64,000 bases of DNA from Candidatus Methanomethylicia archaeon (lineage in GTDB: Archaea; Thermoproteota; Methanomethylicia; Culexarchaeales; Culexarchaeaceae), in NCBI GenBank assembly GCA_038727515.1, contig JAVYVS010000001.1:64001-128000 (forward strand). The letters are read 5' to 3'. The position numbers and the translations under genes were made by a program. Shown piece after piece: positions 52,034 to 62,405 of this stretch. The notes beneath the pieces are model-generated. The model made no database searches. It had not been told where the DNA came from and saw nothing but the letters and a program-made list of their open reading frames with translations. The number at the start of each line of letters is the position of its first letter. Within the stretch, counting starts at the first letter, position 1.

Positions 52034-52549
52034 TCAAATTTGTGTTAATTCCAAGGCTTTTTGAGCTAATTCTTCTGGTGAATCAACGTATACTATTTTT
52101 GATAGGAATCTATTGTCAAAAGCGTTTTTAAAGGTTGATTCTAGTTTATCTGTACTCATACCAGTACCTCTCAGTATTACAATGGGTTTACCATATGAGT
52201 ATGCTATGAAGAGTTCAATTAAAGTTCCTATTTCCCCTCCCAGTGAAACAACTACGTCACTACACCTCACAAGTATAACACTTCTACCCCTATAATCCAA
52301 CCCGGTATCTATAATTGTAAATAATTTATTTCTAGGGGGGATATTTATGGGGTTTAATGGTAAAATGAAGACAACTTGTAATCCTCTCTTTAATGCTGCA
52401 TCAGCTACATCTTTCATTAAACCCCAATAACCACCTAAGAATATCCTACAATTCTCAGGTAGTTTGGATATGAATCTCCAAGCTAAATCCATATTACTGC
52501 CTTCACTATGAGCTGCAACACATATATTTATCATTAAATCACCATCCAC
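52034..52549 (-). CDS. LOG/SLOG family Rossmann-fold protein
   Basis: GGYWGLM, TGLDYRGRS.ILVR.SD, GGEIGTLIE. Confidence 0.85.
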   Translation of the reverse strand: MDGDLMINICVAAHSEGSNMDLAWRFISKLPENCRIFLGGYWGLMKDVADAALKRGLQVVFILPLNPINIPPRNKLFTIIDTGLDYRGRSVILVRCSDVVVSLGGEIGTLIELFIAYSYGKPIVILRGTGMSTDKLESTFKNAFDNRFLSKIVYVDSPEELAQKALELTQI

Positions 52550-52643
52550 AAAATTAGATATGTAATTTATTAGGTTATTAATGTGTTTATTACCATGGTA
52601 ATATTTATTAATTGTTATATCTATTGTAGTAGGGTGTATTTGT

Positions 52644-52817
52644 ATGAAGGTTGTAGATCCAGTATGTGGTATGGATGTGGATTCAAGTAAAACTCCCTTT
52701 AAAACGATATATAAGGGTAAGGTATACTACTTTTGTAGTAATCATTGTAAGAAGGTTTTTGAAGAGAATCCTGAATATTATTTGAAGCATGGTCCGATGG
52801 GTATGCATAAATTATAG
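52644..52817 (+). CDS. YHS/TRASH domain copper chaperone (absent from ORF track)
   Basis: MKVVDPVCGMDV...YKGKVYYFCSNHCKKVFEENPEYY, directly upstream of copA. Confidence 0.92.
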   Translation: MKVVDPVCGMDVDSSKTPFKTIYKGKVYYFCSNHCKKVFEENPEYYLKHGPMGMHKL

Positions 52818-52834
52818 ATTCTCTATGTTAATGG

Positions 52835-55240
52835 TTGATTTTCATGTTTATTAGGGAGAGAATTAAGGTTCTTGGGGTTGATTGTCCTACATGTGTGTAT
52901 TCTATTCAGAGAAATTTGAGTAAATTAGGTATTTCAAAATTTGATGTTGATATTACAACTGGAGATGCTATTATAGAGTATGATGCTAAGGTTTGTAGAG
53001 CTAGAGATGTGTATAATGCTATAAGAAGTGCTGGTTATGATGTATTTAAAGAGCAAATTATAGTGGCTGTGGATGATTTAAGTGATCGTACATATTATTT
53101 GGAATCTAAACTTCTATCACTACCTGGAATTTTTGAATGTAAATCCTCCTCTATAACTAAACTTATTAAAATCATCTATAATCCATTTACAATTAATAGT
53201 GAAGGTATTCTTCAAGAAATTTCAAAACTTGGTTTTAAAAATGTTAAACTTTTAAGTGAAATTGCTGTGAAAGGTGGGAGAGAAGGTTTCGTATTGTTTA
53301 GAAGGTTGATGGCATTTATCACTGGTTTAATAGTAATAGTTTATTCAACGATTTCAATGTTTATTGAGCATATTGTTGTTGAAGATGTATTTCCATTGGC
53401 TGTTATTGCCATAATGACAATGATACTTTCAGGAGACATTGTGGTGAGAGGTTTTAGAGCATTATCAAAATTTACCCCCACAATGGAATCTCTAATAGCT
53501 CTTTCATCAACGGCATCTTTAGTATTTGGGCTTACCGGACTTTTAGGATTAACCCACTTGGAGGGCGGTGTACAATCCAATACATTTTTTGAAGCTTCAG
53601 CGGGAGTTGCAGGATTCATGAGTCTAGGTATATATTTGGAGGAGAGGCTTAGGGGTAGAGCTGCTAAACACATTGAAGATCTAGCTAGATTAATGTATGG
53701 TAAAGCTAGAATCTTGAAGGATAATCGTATAATTGAAGTTGATATTTCAAATTTAAAACCTGGAGATATTGTGGAAGTTAAAACTGGAGAGATAATACCC
53801 GTTGATGGAATAGTGGTGGAAGGTTGGGGTTATGTGGATGAATCTAGTTTTACTGGTGAACCAATGCCAAGACTTAAGAAAGATGAGAATAGAGATCCCG
53901 TTTTAGCTGGTTGCACTCTTACCTCTGGATTTCTAAGGATTAGAACCACTAGGGTTGGTAGAGATACATTACTCTCATACATTATTGAGACGGTGAGGGA
54001 AGCTCAATTCTATAAACCAAAGATTGCTAGATTAGCTGATGGAATAGTTGGAGTATTCACTTATGGTGTTATGTTAATTGCATTAACAACATTCCTATAC
54101 TGGTGGTTTATTATTGGTGAATATTCAATGGCTGTTTTATTTTCAGCATCAGTTTTAGCAATTGCTTGTCCATGTGCCCTTGGAATAGCTATACCCATGG
54201 TGGTATTCTTTGCAGTTATAAAAGCTTCTAGAATAGGTTTATTGATAAGACGTGGAGATGTATTTGAAAGAATCTTAGAGGTAGATACAATTCTATTTGA
54301 TAAAACTGGAACTTTAACAATTGGAAAACCAGTTTTCAGGAAACTATATATTTTTGGGTCTATGAATGAAAATGAGATACTTAGCTATCTATGTAGTATT
54401 GAATCACGAAGTGAACATCCATTGGCAAAAGCAATTTTAACATATTGTTTAGAGAAGGGCATAGAATATTTTGAACCAGAATATTATGAGTATTTCCCTG
54501 GGATGGGTGTTATGGGGATTGTTAAAGGTGTAAATATTGTTGCTGGAAATAGGGAATTCATGAAGAAACTTGAAATAAACTTAGATTCTAATGTTGAGAA
54601 AATAATAAATGATATTGGTTTAAGAGGTGCAACCCCAATAATTATAGCTATTAATGGTATGATAGTTGGCATAGTGGAAATTGGAGATGAATTAAGATTT
54701 GATGCAGAAACAGTTATAAGAGAACTTAAGAGAAGTGGGTTTAAAGTGGGGATTGTTAGTGGTGATATCCCAACTAGTGTTAATTACTACTCAAAAATCT
54801 TTAATTTAGATTTAGCATACTCTGAAATGAAACCTGATGATAAAGTGCAATTCATAGAGAAACTTCAGAGAAATGGTGGTAAAATAGCATTTGTAGGTGA
54901 TGGTGTTAACGATGCACCAGCAATATCAACTTCATATCTAGGTATAGCTATGGGTAGAGGCTCAGATATTTCAAGGGAAGCTGGAGATATTGTTTTAACT
55001 GGAAATAGACTTAAAGATCTATTAACACTAATAGATTTAAGTAAAATTGTGAAGAGAAAGTTTATTGAAAATTTAATGTGGGCATTCATATACAATTTAA
55101 TCTTAATACCAATAGCTGCTGGAATCCTATATAATTCATATGGACTCTACATAAAACCTGAAATAGCAGCTTTATCCATGATATTAAGCGATATAAGCGT
55201 AATACTAAACGCAAGCACCATACTAATAAAAAGAACATAA
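52835..55240 (+). CDS. copA: Cu(+)-translocating P1B-type ATPase
   Basis: CPTC metal-binding domain, TGEP, CPC, DKTGT, SEHP, GDGVND, YN and M..S. Confidence 0.93.
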   Translation: MIFMFIRERIKVLGVDCPTCVYSIQRNLSKLGISKFDVDITTGDAIIEYDAKVCRARDVYNAIRSAGYDVFKEQIIVAVDDLSDRTYYLESKLLSLPGIFECKSSSITKLIKIIYNPFTINSEGILQEISKLGFKNVKLLSEIAVKGGREGFVLFRRLMAFITGLIVIVYSTISMFIEHIVVEDVFPLAVIAIMTMILSGDIVVRGFRALSKFTPTMESLIALSSTASLVFGLTGLLGLTHLEGGVQSNTFFEASAGVAGFMSLGIYLEERLRGRAAKHIEDLARLMYGKARILKDNRIIEVDISNLKPGDIVEVKTGEIIPVDGIVVEGWGYVDESSFTGEPMPRLKKDENRDPVLAGCTLTSGFLRIRTTRVGRDTLLSYIIETVREAQFYKPKIARLADGIVGVFTYGVMLIALTTFLYWWFIIGEYSMAVLFSASVLAIACPCALGIAIPMVVFFAVIKASRIGLLIRRGDVFERILEVDTILFDKTGTLTIGKPVFRKLYIFGSMNENEILSYLCSIESRSEHPLAKAILTYCLEKGIEYFEPEYYEYFPGMGVMGIVKGVNIVAGNREFMKKLEINLDSNVEKIINDIGLRGATPIIIAINGMIVGIVEIGDELRFDAETVIRELKRSGFKVGIVSGDIPTSVNYYSKIFNLDLAYSEMKPDDKVQFIEKLQRNGGKIAFVGDGVNDAPAISTSYLGIAMGRGSDISREAGDIVLTGNRLKDLLTLIDLSKIVKRKFIENLMWAFIYNLILIPIAAGILYNSYGLYIKPEIAALSMILSDISVILNASTILIKRT

Positions 55241-55276
55241 ATCTTTAATCCAAAATTCATTAATAACATTCTCATT

Positions 55277-56020
55277 TCATGTAAATATACTATCTAAGAG
55301 CATCATTATTGAAAAACCACTTATAAAACCAAAGGTAGCTTTCCTTCCAAAACCCTTCTGATGACTTTCAGGAATCATCTCATCTACAACTATAAAGAGC
55401 ATGGCTCCAGCTGCAAATACTAAACCCCAAGGGAGAAGTGAATGAGCTAGAGAAACTAGTACTATACCGAGAAAACCTCCAATGGGTTCAATGAGACCTG
55501 TTAAAGTAGCATAACCAATAGCCTTCCACCTACTATATCTTTCTCTTAAAAGAGGGAGAGCTACAGCTAAGCCTTCCGGCGCATTCTGTAATCCAATTGC
55601 AGTAGCTACAATCAAACCTGCTTCCACATTACCCGAACCAAAACTTACACCAACAGCTAAACCCTCTGGAAAATTATGAATAGTCATAGCAATTATGAAA
55701 AGCCAAACTTTTGAGAGTTTTGAATATGGACCTTCAAATCCTGCAACGGGGTGAAGATGTGGAGTAAAACGATCAATAAAATGTAGTAAGAGTGCACCTA
55801 TAATGAGGCCACCCATAGCTATCCATGGTCCACTTAAATCAATTGCAGGAACCAAAAGACTGAAGGCTGTAGCTGCTGACATAACTCCTGCAGCAAAACC
55901 AAGTAAGACATCCAATGTATCATCAGAGAAAGATTCCTTTAGAAATATGGGGATTGCTCCAATACCCGTAGCTAAACCTGCCAATAAACTAGCTAAAAAC
56001 CCTAAATAAATTATCTCCAT
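55277..56020 (-). CDS. ZIP family metal transporter (ZupT/GufA-like)
   Basis: GFAAGVM, HNFPEGLAVG, QNAPEG, EMIPE. Confidence 0.93.
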   Translation of the reverse strand: MEIIYLGFLASLLAGLATGIGAIPIFLKESFSDDTLDVLLGFAAGVMSAATAFSLLVPAIDLSGPWIAMGGLIIGALLLHFIDRFTPHLHPVAGFEGPYSKLSKVWLFIIAMTIHNFPEGLAVGVSFGSGNVEAGLIVATAIGLQNAPEGLAVALPLLRERYSRWKAIGYATLTGLIEPIGGFLGIVLVSLAHSLLPWGLVFAAGAMLFIVVDEMIPESHQKGFGRKATFGFISGFSIMMLLDSIFT

Positions 56021-56321
56021 TCAACCCACAATCCTCTTCAATTTAATATTTTACAAGAAAAATAAAATATTACTTAACCCCCTCTATTTTCATTATCTCT
56101 CTCTTACGAAGAAACTTTATGACAAACCAACTAGAAACTATAAGTTTAAAATTCATCTTTTAGTTGAGTCTGTTTCAATTATTGTTTGCATCTTCGTAAT
56201 TCTCCTACTATATAACAGTATTAGTAGAAGAATTAACATCTATTATAATTCCAACTTTTTTCAGGGTTGATTCAAAATTACATCAATATTGGGATCGTAC
56301 TGAAATATGTGTGTAGTAAAG

Positions 56322-56591
56322 TTATGTTTCTTCGAGGTATCTTTTTACGGTTTTTAGTGCGTGGAGTAATTCTCCTCCTAATGCTGTTAGGTGGTATCTT
56401 TTCCTTCCGCTGAAATCTTCTTCTCTTATGAATCCTTTAATTTTCATTAATTCTATGATTTCCTTTGTTCTATCTAAGGGCATATTTGCTCTATACGATA
56501 TTCTTGTTATTGTATTATAATGATTTGATGCTATAGCTTCCAAAACATCCATATATATTTCATATTTACTTCTCTTCTTATTTTTGATCAT
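56322..56591 (-). CDS. Winged-HTH transcription regulator
   Basis: KRSKYEIYMDVL...TRISYRANM...YHLT..G. Confidence 0.85.
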   Translation of the reverse strand: MIKNKKRSKYEIYMDVLEAIASNHYNTITRISYRANMPLDRTKEIIELMKIKGFIREEDFSGRKRYHLTALGGELLHALKTVKRYLEET

Positions 56592-56600
56592 GACTCTTCA

Positions 56601-57884
56601 TCATAATGGTGGTTTTGGAAGCTCTTGAACTTTTTGAGGTTCAAAAGTTAAGTGAACATTTCTTCCAATCTCTATACCTTCGGTGTAGTATATTTTCCCA
56701 TGTATTGTGCATTCATCTCTTATTACGGCTGTTTTAACATAGATGTTTTCTGCTTCACTTTCACTTCCCATAACTAGATTCTCTGCATATATATCTTCAA
56801 CCTCAGATTCCCTTCCCAAGTGTATCTCCCCACCAATTAATGGTCCTTTAGCTTTTCCCCTCTTACCCAATTTTATGATCTTTGCTTTAGCTCCATTATC
56901 TGTTTCTATCTCTCCTCCCACATCTATGTATTCTTCTGCAATTATGGATCTTGCTTTAACTTTTCCACCAACCTCAAGCCATTTAACATCTACATCTTCA
57001 CTAACCCTAATTATTCCTCCAACACTTATTCCCCCAGAAATCTTCATCCACCCACTCACCTCCATTCTACCTCCAATCTTTACATCGTCGCCAGTGAAGT
57101 TTCCCCTTATGTCTGCTTTTCCACCAATATCCATGGATTTTATCTTTGTAGGTCCCTCCACAACCATTTTTCCTCCAACAATAACCTTCTCTCCTTCACA
57201 TCCCTCAATTATTTTCAATGATCCACCAACATTAATTGTATCGAATTTTAGGTATCCATGTGATTCTAATTTTCCACCCACATCTATCGATTTAACCTCC
57301 AACTTTGATTTCGATTTCACTTCAAATAATCCACCTACATCAATCTTTTCAGCTTTAACATCTCCACTTATCCTTAAACTTCCACCCACATCAATACTTC
57401 TGCATGTAACTCCACCACTTATATTTGCTGTTCCACCCACATTAACATCTTCAGAAGCCCTTAAACCTCCATCAACTCTTAAAGATCCCCCCACATTCAC
57501 TGTTTTCACATCTAAACATCCATTAATCTCCACCTTTCCACCCACATCTAACCTTACACATTTAACATTTCCACCCACATATAACCCTCTATCTATATCT
57601 ATCTCTTCAGCTTCCAAACTTCCATTTACCAATAGACTTGCATCTTCAGATGTTATATCTTCAAAAACCTTTAAATCTCCTTGAATCTCAACTTTTCCAT
57701 CACTTATATCCATGGCTCTAGTCTTCAAACTACACTTAAACTTCACATAACCTTCACAATACAATTTTCCATCAACTTCAACTTCATTAAATCCCTCTAA
57801 GCATTCAACTATGCATCCATCCAATAATTTTAGGTCTTCATTAACTCTACCAAGCTTTACAACTTCTCCACTAAAACTTTTCAA
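56601..57884 (-). CDS. Bactofilin-like (polymer-forming) beta-helix repeat protein
   Basis: Many ~17-aa repeats (D/N)VGGxLxVxGxV. Confidence 0.75.
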   Translation of the reverse strand: MKSFSGEVVKLGRVNEDLKLLDGCIVECLEGFNEVEVDGKLYCEGYVKFKCSLKTRAMDISDGKVEIQGDLKVFEDITSEDASLLVNGSLEAEEIDIDRGLYVGGNVKCVRLDVGGKVEINGCLDVKTVNVGGSLRVDGGLRASEDVNVGGTANISGGVTCRSIDVGGSLRISGDVKAEKIDVGGLFEVKSKSKLEVKSIDVGGKLESHGYLKFDTINVGGSLKIIEGCEGEKVIVGGKMVVEGPTKIKSMDIGGKADIRGNFTGDDVKIGGRMEVSGWMKISGGISVGGIIRVSEDVDVKWLEVGGKVKARSIIAEEYIDVGGEIETDNGAKAKIIKLGKRGKAKGPLIGGEIHLGRESEVEDIYAENLVMGSESEAENIYVKTAVIRDECTIHGKIYYTEGIEIGRNVHLTFEPQKVQELPKPPL

Positions 57885-57959
57885 TGTAATTTCACCTCAG
57901 TAAAGGTTTATATTAAAAGAAATTAACTATAACGCACAAATTGTGAGTACAAAATGTTA

Positions 57960-58275
57960 CTAAGCTGTTGATGTTTTCAAGAGAATTTAATATTTCGTAT
58001 GTCTTGGAACCCCCTTCATCTTTTAATTTCACTTCAATCTCCCCTCTAGCCTTAACATCTCTTGATATTTTCAGACACTTAAATGTCAACTTATACTACA
58101 TTTTCCCATCATTATATCTTGAAATTCTAATTCTAAGAGCAGAATCTCGTACATAGTTTTTGCATGATCTAAATCAATGTAGTGATATTTCTCATAACTT
58201 GTTTCATGACGTTTAAATCCCATATTTTCCAAATTTATCTAAATTAACATATATCTTTACTTCATATTCAAACAA
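57960..58275 (-). pseudogene. Decayed CYTH/class IV adenylate cyclase (CyaB-like) gene
   Basis: FEYEVKIY..., DSALRIRI, *YKLTFK...KARGEIEV pieces across frameshifts and stops. Confidence 0.7.
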
Positions 58276-58349
58276 CTCCCTCTAACACCAAATATAATTG
58301 AATTATATCCTGTATTAAAGGGTGATTATATGATTCATTGATTATAGGT

Positions 58350-59667
58350 TTATGTTATTAACCATTTCCATAGTGGTATGCATTTTATTTCTATGTTTTC
58401 AACATTTATTTTCCCTTCATAATCCCATGTTATTATTTTCAGGTTTTTACAGTTTAGTTCTTTTGATGCTTTCATTAAACTCTTTATTTCTCTATTATGG
58501 ATTTCACTTTTACTGTTTGCATATGTTACTTGTATTACCTCTTTTACGTATGATCCACTCCTAATTACGAAATCAACTTCATTTCCATCTCTTTTACCAT
58601 ATTCTTTCCAGTATGAAATATCTCTTACATCGCCAATTCTCCTAATTAATTCTATTGCAACAGTATTCTCCATTAATTTACCATATTCCTCTTCAACTTC
58701 TGGATATAATGCTCTAATTATCCCATTATCAATTACATGTATCTTCTTTGGATATTGTTTTCTATCTTTAATGTTGTATGAGAAGATTTCCATTGGTATT
58801 AATAGGAAGATTTCTTCAGCGTATTTTAAGAATTTTATTAATGTGTTTTTACTGCACTTTAAACCTATACTTTTAAGGAAGTTATGGATCTTTGATATAC
58901 TTATCTTATTTGTGAAACATTTTATCACGTATCTTAGAAAATTATCCATTAATATTGGATCAACTTTATATCTTTCAATTAGGTCCCTATAAAATATTGT
59001 TTCATAATATGTCTTCAAAATTTTATTCTTCAATTCATAGTCTTCGCTTAAAACAACCTTTGGATATCCACCAAATCTAACATATTCATCTAGAAGTCTA
59101 AGTATTCTACCTCTCTCCTCCAAGTAGCTTATTACATTTATATCTTTGATTTCAAAATTCCTTGCTTTTAAAAATTCTCTAAAACTGAAGGGTAGAATAA
59201 CATAATCTATGCTTCTACCCCTTAAGGTTGTGGCTATTTCTCTACTGGAAAGTTTTGAAGATGAACCTGAAATAAATATTTTAAAACGATTTGAATTATA
59301 AATTCTCCTCACCCATTTATCCCAGTCCCTAACATTTTGGATTTCGTCTAAAAATAGATATATTGGTTCATCATCAATTGGAGAGAATATTTGATAGAAA
59401 ATCTTCATCATACCTCTAAATGGTTTGCATCCAGATTTCTAAGTCTTTCATGTTCAAAATCAATATAAAGAATATTACTTCTAGGAACATTATTGTATGC
59501 CTCCCTAATTAATTGGTACATTCTGTATGTTTTCCAGCTTGTCTTGGACCTATTATTGAAATTATCATGTTTGTATCTAAAGGTATCTTTAATTCCCTTT
59601 CAATGAGTTTAGGTAGAATTTTTACATACCATTCAGATAAAACTATTTTGAAATCTTCTTCCCTTAC
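58350..59667 (-). pseudogene. AAA_14/DUF4143 ATPase with two frameshifts near the 5' end
   Basis: Upstream frames give ...IIGPRQAGK / TYRMYQLI...DFEHERL / MMKIFY..., joining ORF 58350..59411 (LDEIQ, SGSSS, GGYP, EVDF). Confidence 0.85.
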
Positions 59668-59802
59668 AAATTGTATTATGTGAGAACAATTTTATAATAA
59701 TTTTGTTCTCTTACGAAACAATTTCATGATATCTTAGAATTCACTTAATTTTGGTTCTTAGTATGAATCCATTTTTTATGTATTCAAATATTGTTATTCC
59801 TC

Positions 59803-60024
59803 CATCAATCTTAGGCTTTATACGCTTCTCCAACCATCTAACAGTCAATCTCTCAGCACTCTTTACACACTCTATATATCCCTCTAAGCTTTACTCAACA
59901 AATTGTATTCAGTATATGTTAATCCATCAGCATACTGAAAATTTCAGAGAAATTTAACCTTATTGTCTTAGGGTTTCTTTCTTCAACATTCTAGCTAAAC
60001 ATGAAAGTTGATTCTCCTTTTCAA
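59803..60024 (-). pseudogene. Decayed internal fragment paralogous to the M24 peptidase (7271-7495)
   Basis: NPKTIRLNFSE/FQYADGLTYTEYNL/VKSAERLTVRWLEKRIKPKID versus DPKTIGLNFSENFQHADGLTYTEYNL...VKSAERLIVQWLEKRIKPEID. Confidence 0.88.
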
Positions 60025-60099
60025 GTTTTCATAATAGATTGAAAAGATAGATTTAACCTTCATTTTAAACAATGAAAAACTTGTTGTAGTTACAAAATG

Positions 60100-60516
60100 T
60101 TATTTTATATGGGTTATTTCAAATAATTCTTCTATTGGTTTCTCCATTAATTTTAAAGCTTCCTCCTCTGCTACATTACTTTTCAAGTTTTTTAGGTTTG
60201 TTAAAATGTGGTCTTTAAGTTTCATTTCCAGTTTTTCATCGTTTAAAATGAAGGTTACTGTTAGACCTTTTGCTTCTATGAGTTCTATATTTCTCTTTCC
60301 ATATGTGCATCCAGTGGAGTATTGTATTCCATCTATAAAGCATGATGTTGGAGGTTTACCTTCACATTCCACTTTAACCTTCATTTTAAATTGATCTTTG
60401 CCAAGTATGTTTATTGCGTATAAACCTGCCTTTAAACCTAAGATTAAGAATGGTCCTAAATGCCCATGGAATTCCACAGCTCTATTAACTAGATCTTCTG
60501 AAATTTTATACTTCAA
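60100..60516 (-). CDS. FmdE family protein
   Basis: FHGHLGPFLILG, SCFIDGIQ..TGCTYGK.N. Confidence 0.9.
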   Translation of the reverse strand: MKYKISEDLVNRAVEFHGHLGPFLILGLKAGLYAINILGKDQFKMKVKVECEGKPPTSCFIDGIQYSTGCTYGKRNIELIEAKGLTVTFILNDEKLEMKLKDHILTNLKNLKSNVAEEEALKLMEKPIEELFEITHIK

Positions 60517-61060
60517 TTCTCCTTACACCTCTAACTATTAATGCTTCAACAATCACTATTCCAATGATTCCACCCATAGCTCCACCAATAGCGTGTAATC
60601 CAGCCCAACCTAATGCTCCACCCCATCTTAATAGGGCTTTTGGATCCATGAAGAGAAATCCAATTATAAATCCAGCTACTGCTGCTGAAATCACTGAATT
60701 TAAGAATAATCCACCTATCCTCACAATTCTATTCCTATAGATTCTCTTATAGCCTACTATAAGCATTATTAAATCGAAGAATATTGATGCCGCTGTAAAT
60801 CCTAGGAAGTGTATTGCTGTTGGTCTTGTTATAAAGTTTATGGCTGTAGCTATTAATCCAGTTAATGTTGGAGCTCCTAATTTTCCAACCCACCAAACAG
60901 CCAATATTATACTTGCAAAACCAACGATATCACATAGGAATGGTAGACCAGTTAATTGGAAGAATATTGGTGAATATAACCAATTTAAAATTCCCCAAAG
61001 AGCTGCACATATGGCTATCCCTGATAGATCACGGGCTTTGAAATACATTATATGCACCAT
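60506..61060 (-). CDS. Membrane protein, ECF transporter S-component-like
   Basis: ~5-6 TM helices, AxxxALWG start; downstream of coaBC. Confidence 0.6.
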   Translation of the reverse strand: MVHIMYFKARDLSGIAICAALWGILNWLYSPIFFQLTGLPFLCDIVGFASIILAVWWVGKLGAPTLTGLIATAINFITRPTAIHFLGFTAASIFFDLIMLIVGYKRIYRNRIVRIGGLFLNSVISAAVAGFIIGFLFMDPKALLRWGGALGWAGLHAIGGAMGGIIGIVIVEALIVRGVRRIEV

Positions 61061-61092
61061 AAAATGTGTTACTATTTTATATAAAAGTGTTA

Positions 61093-62361
61093 CTATTTAA
61101 CATTACCCTTCAAAGACTTTTTAATTTCTAATGCTGATTTTATTATTTCTCTAGCAATCTCCCTTTTACTCATCTTTGGAATATGCTTTACATTTCTATT
61201 TCTATCTATTATATAGATTTCATTGTAATCCGAACCGAATCCTATATCTCTTCTTGAAACATCATTAGCTACTATTAAATCTAGATCGTTTTGTAGTAAT
61301 CTTTTATATGCTCTTTCAATCATTTCTTCAATTCCAACTCCATATTCAGCTTTAAATCCAACAATAACACTTTTAGGTGCATATCTTCTAACTTGACTAG
61401 ATATTTTTGGTGTTGAAACCAATTTTACTGTTAATTCTCCTATATCACTTGATATCTTCCCCTTAATTTTCTCATGGAATTTAAAGTCTAATGGAGCTGC
61501 TGATAGGAATATGAAATCATAATTCTTACTATTTAATTCATTTATTACTGCATTCAACATTTCTTCACATGTAACTACATTAATAACTTTTGCATTCATT
61601 GGAGGTTCAATATTTGAAGGTCCCATTATAAGTGTTGTTTCAGCTCCAGAGGCGATACATTCTTCAGCTAATGCAACCCCCATTTTACCACTACTCGGTG
61701 TTGTGAGGAATTTTACATCATCAAGGTATTCTCTAGTTGGACCGGCAGTTATCAATACCTTCATTCCAGATAGTATTTTTGGTGTGAAAAAGTTTATTAC
61801 GGCATTTATAACTTGTTCTGTAGATGCTATCTTCGCCTTTCCTTCTTCAATTCTAGGTCCAATAAATATTATCCCCTTTTCCTCCAATTTCCTTATGTTT
61901 TCAACTACAAAGGGATTTGTATACATGGTTTCATGCATTGCTGGAACAATCATTATTGGTATTCCAGTTCCAAGAGCTGTAGATACCGTTGTTGTTACAG
62001 GTGTATCATCTATTCCACAGGCAATCTTACTTATGGTATTTGCAGTGGCAGGTGCAATTAAAACTAAATCTACTTTTGTAGAAGTTTTACCACATAATTC
62101 CACATGCTCGATTTTACCAGTTAAATGTGTTATAACTGGATTTCCAGTAGCCCACTCCATTAAATATGGATGTATAAGTTCTGTGGCTGCTTTACTCATA
62201 ACTGTATATACTTCTGCTCCATGGCGCATTAAACCTCTAGCTATCTCAGGGCTTCTTACTGCTGCAACACTACCACAAATACATAATACTATTTTCTTCC
62301 CCTTGAGAAGATTACTCCATGATCCAATGATCTCTTTACTTGGATGGATCATAATATTCAA
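61093..62361 (-). CDS. coaBC: Bifunctional phosphopantothenoylcysteine decarboxylase/ligase
   Basis: GSVAA, APATANTISKIA.G, PAMH..M, ITAGPTRE, SSGKMG, GFKAE, ANDV. Confidence 0.96.
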   Translation of the reverse strand: MNIMIHPSKEIIGSWSNLLKGKKIVLCICGSVAAVRSPEIARGLMRHGAEVYTVMSKAATELIHPYLMEWATGNPVITHLTGKIEHVELCGKTSTKVDLVLIAPATANTISKIACGIDDTPVTTTVSTALGTGIPIMIVPAMHETMYTNPFVVENIRKLEEKGIIFIGPRIEEGKAKIASTEQVINAVINFFTPKILSGMKVLITAGPTREYLDDVKFLTTPSSGKMGVALAEECIASGAETTLIMGPSNIEPPMNAKVINVVTCEEMLNAVINELNSKNYDFIFLSAAPLDFKFHEKIKGKISSDIGELTVKLVSTPKISSQVRRYAPKSVIVGFKAEYGVGIEEMIERAYKRLLQNDLDLIVANDVSRRDIGFGSDYNEIYIIDRNRNVKHIPKMSKREIAREIIKSALEIKKSLKGNVK

Positions 62362-62405
62362 TAAGCCTTATATTCAATGATTAATTAAATCTTATGTTTA
62401 ATAGT

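Noticed and set aside
56743-57684. 313-aa PPT-repeat ORF on the plus strand, and other antisense ORFs such as 61703..62380
   Set aside because: Antisense shadows of well-supported genes
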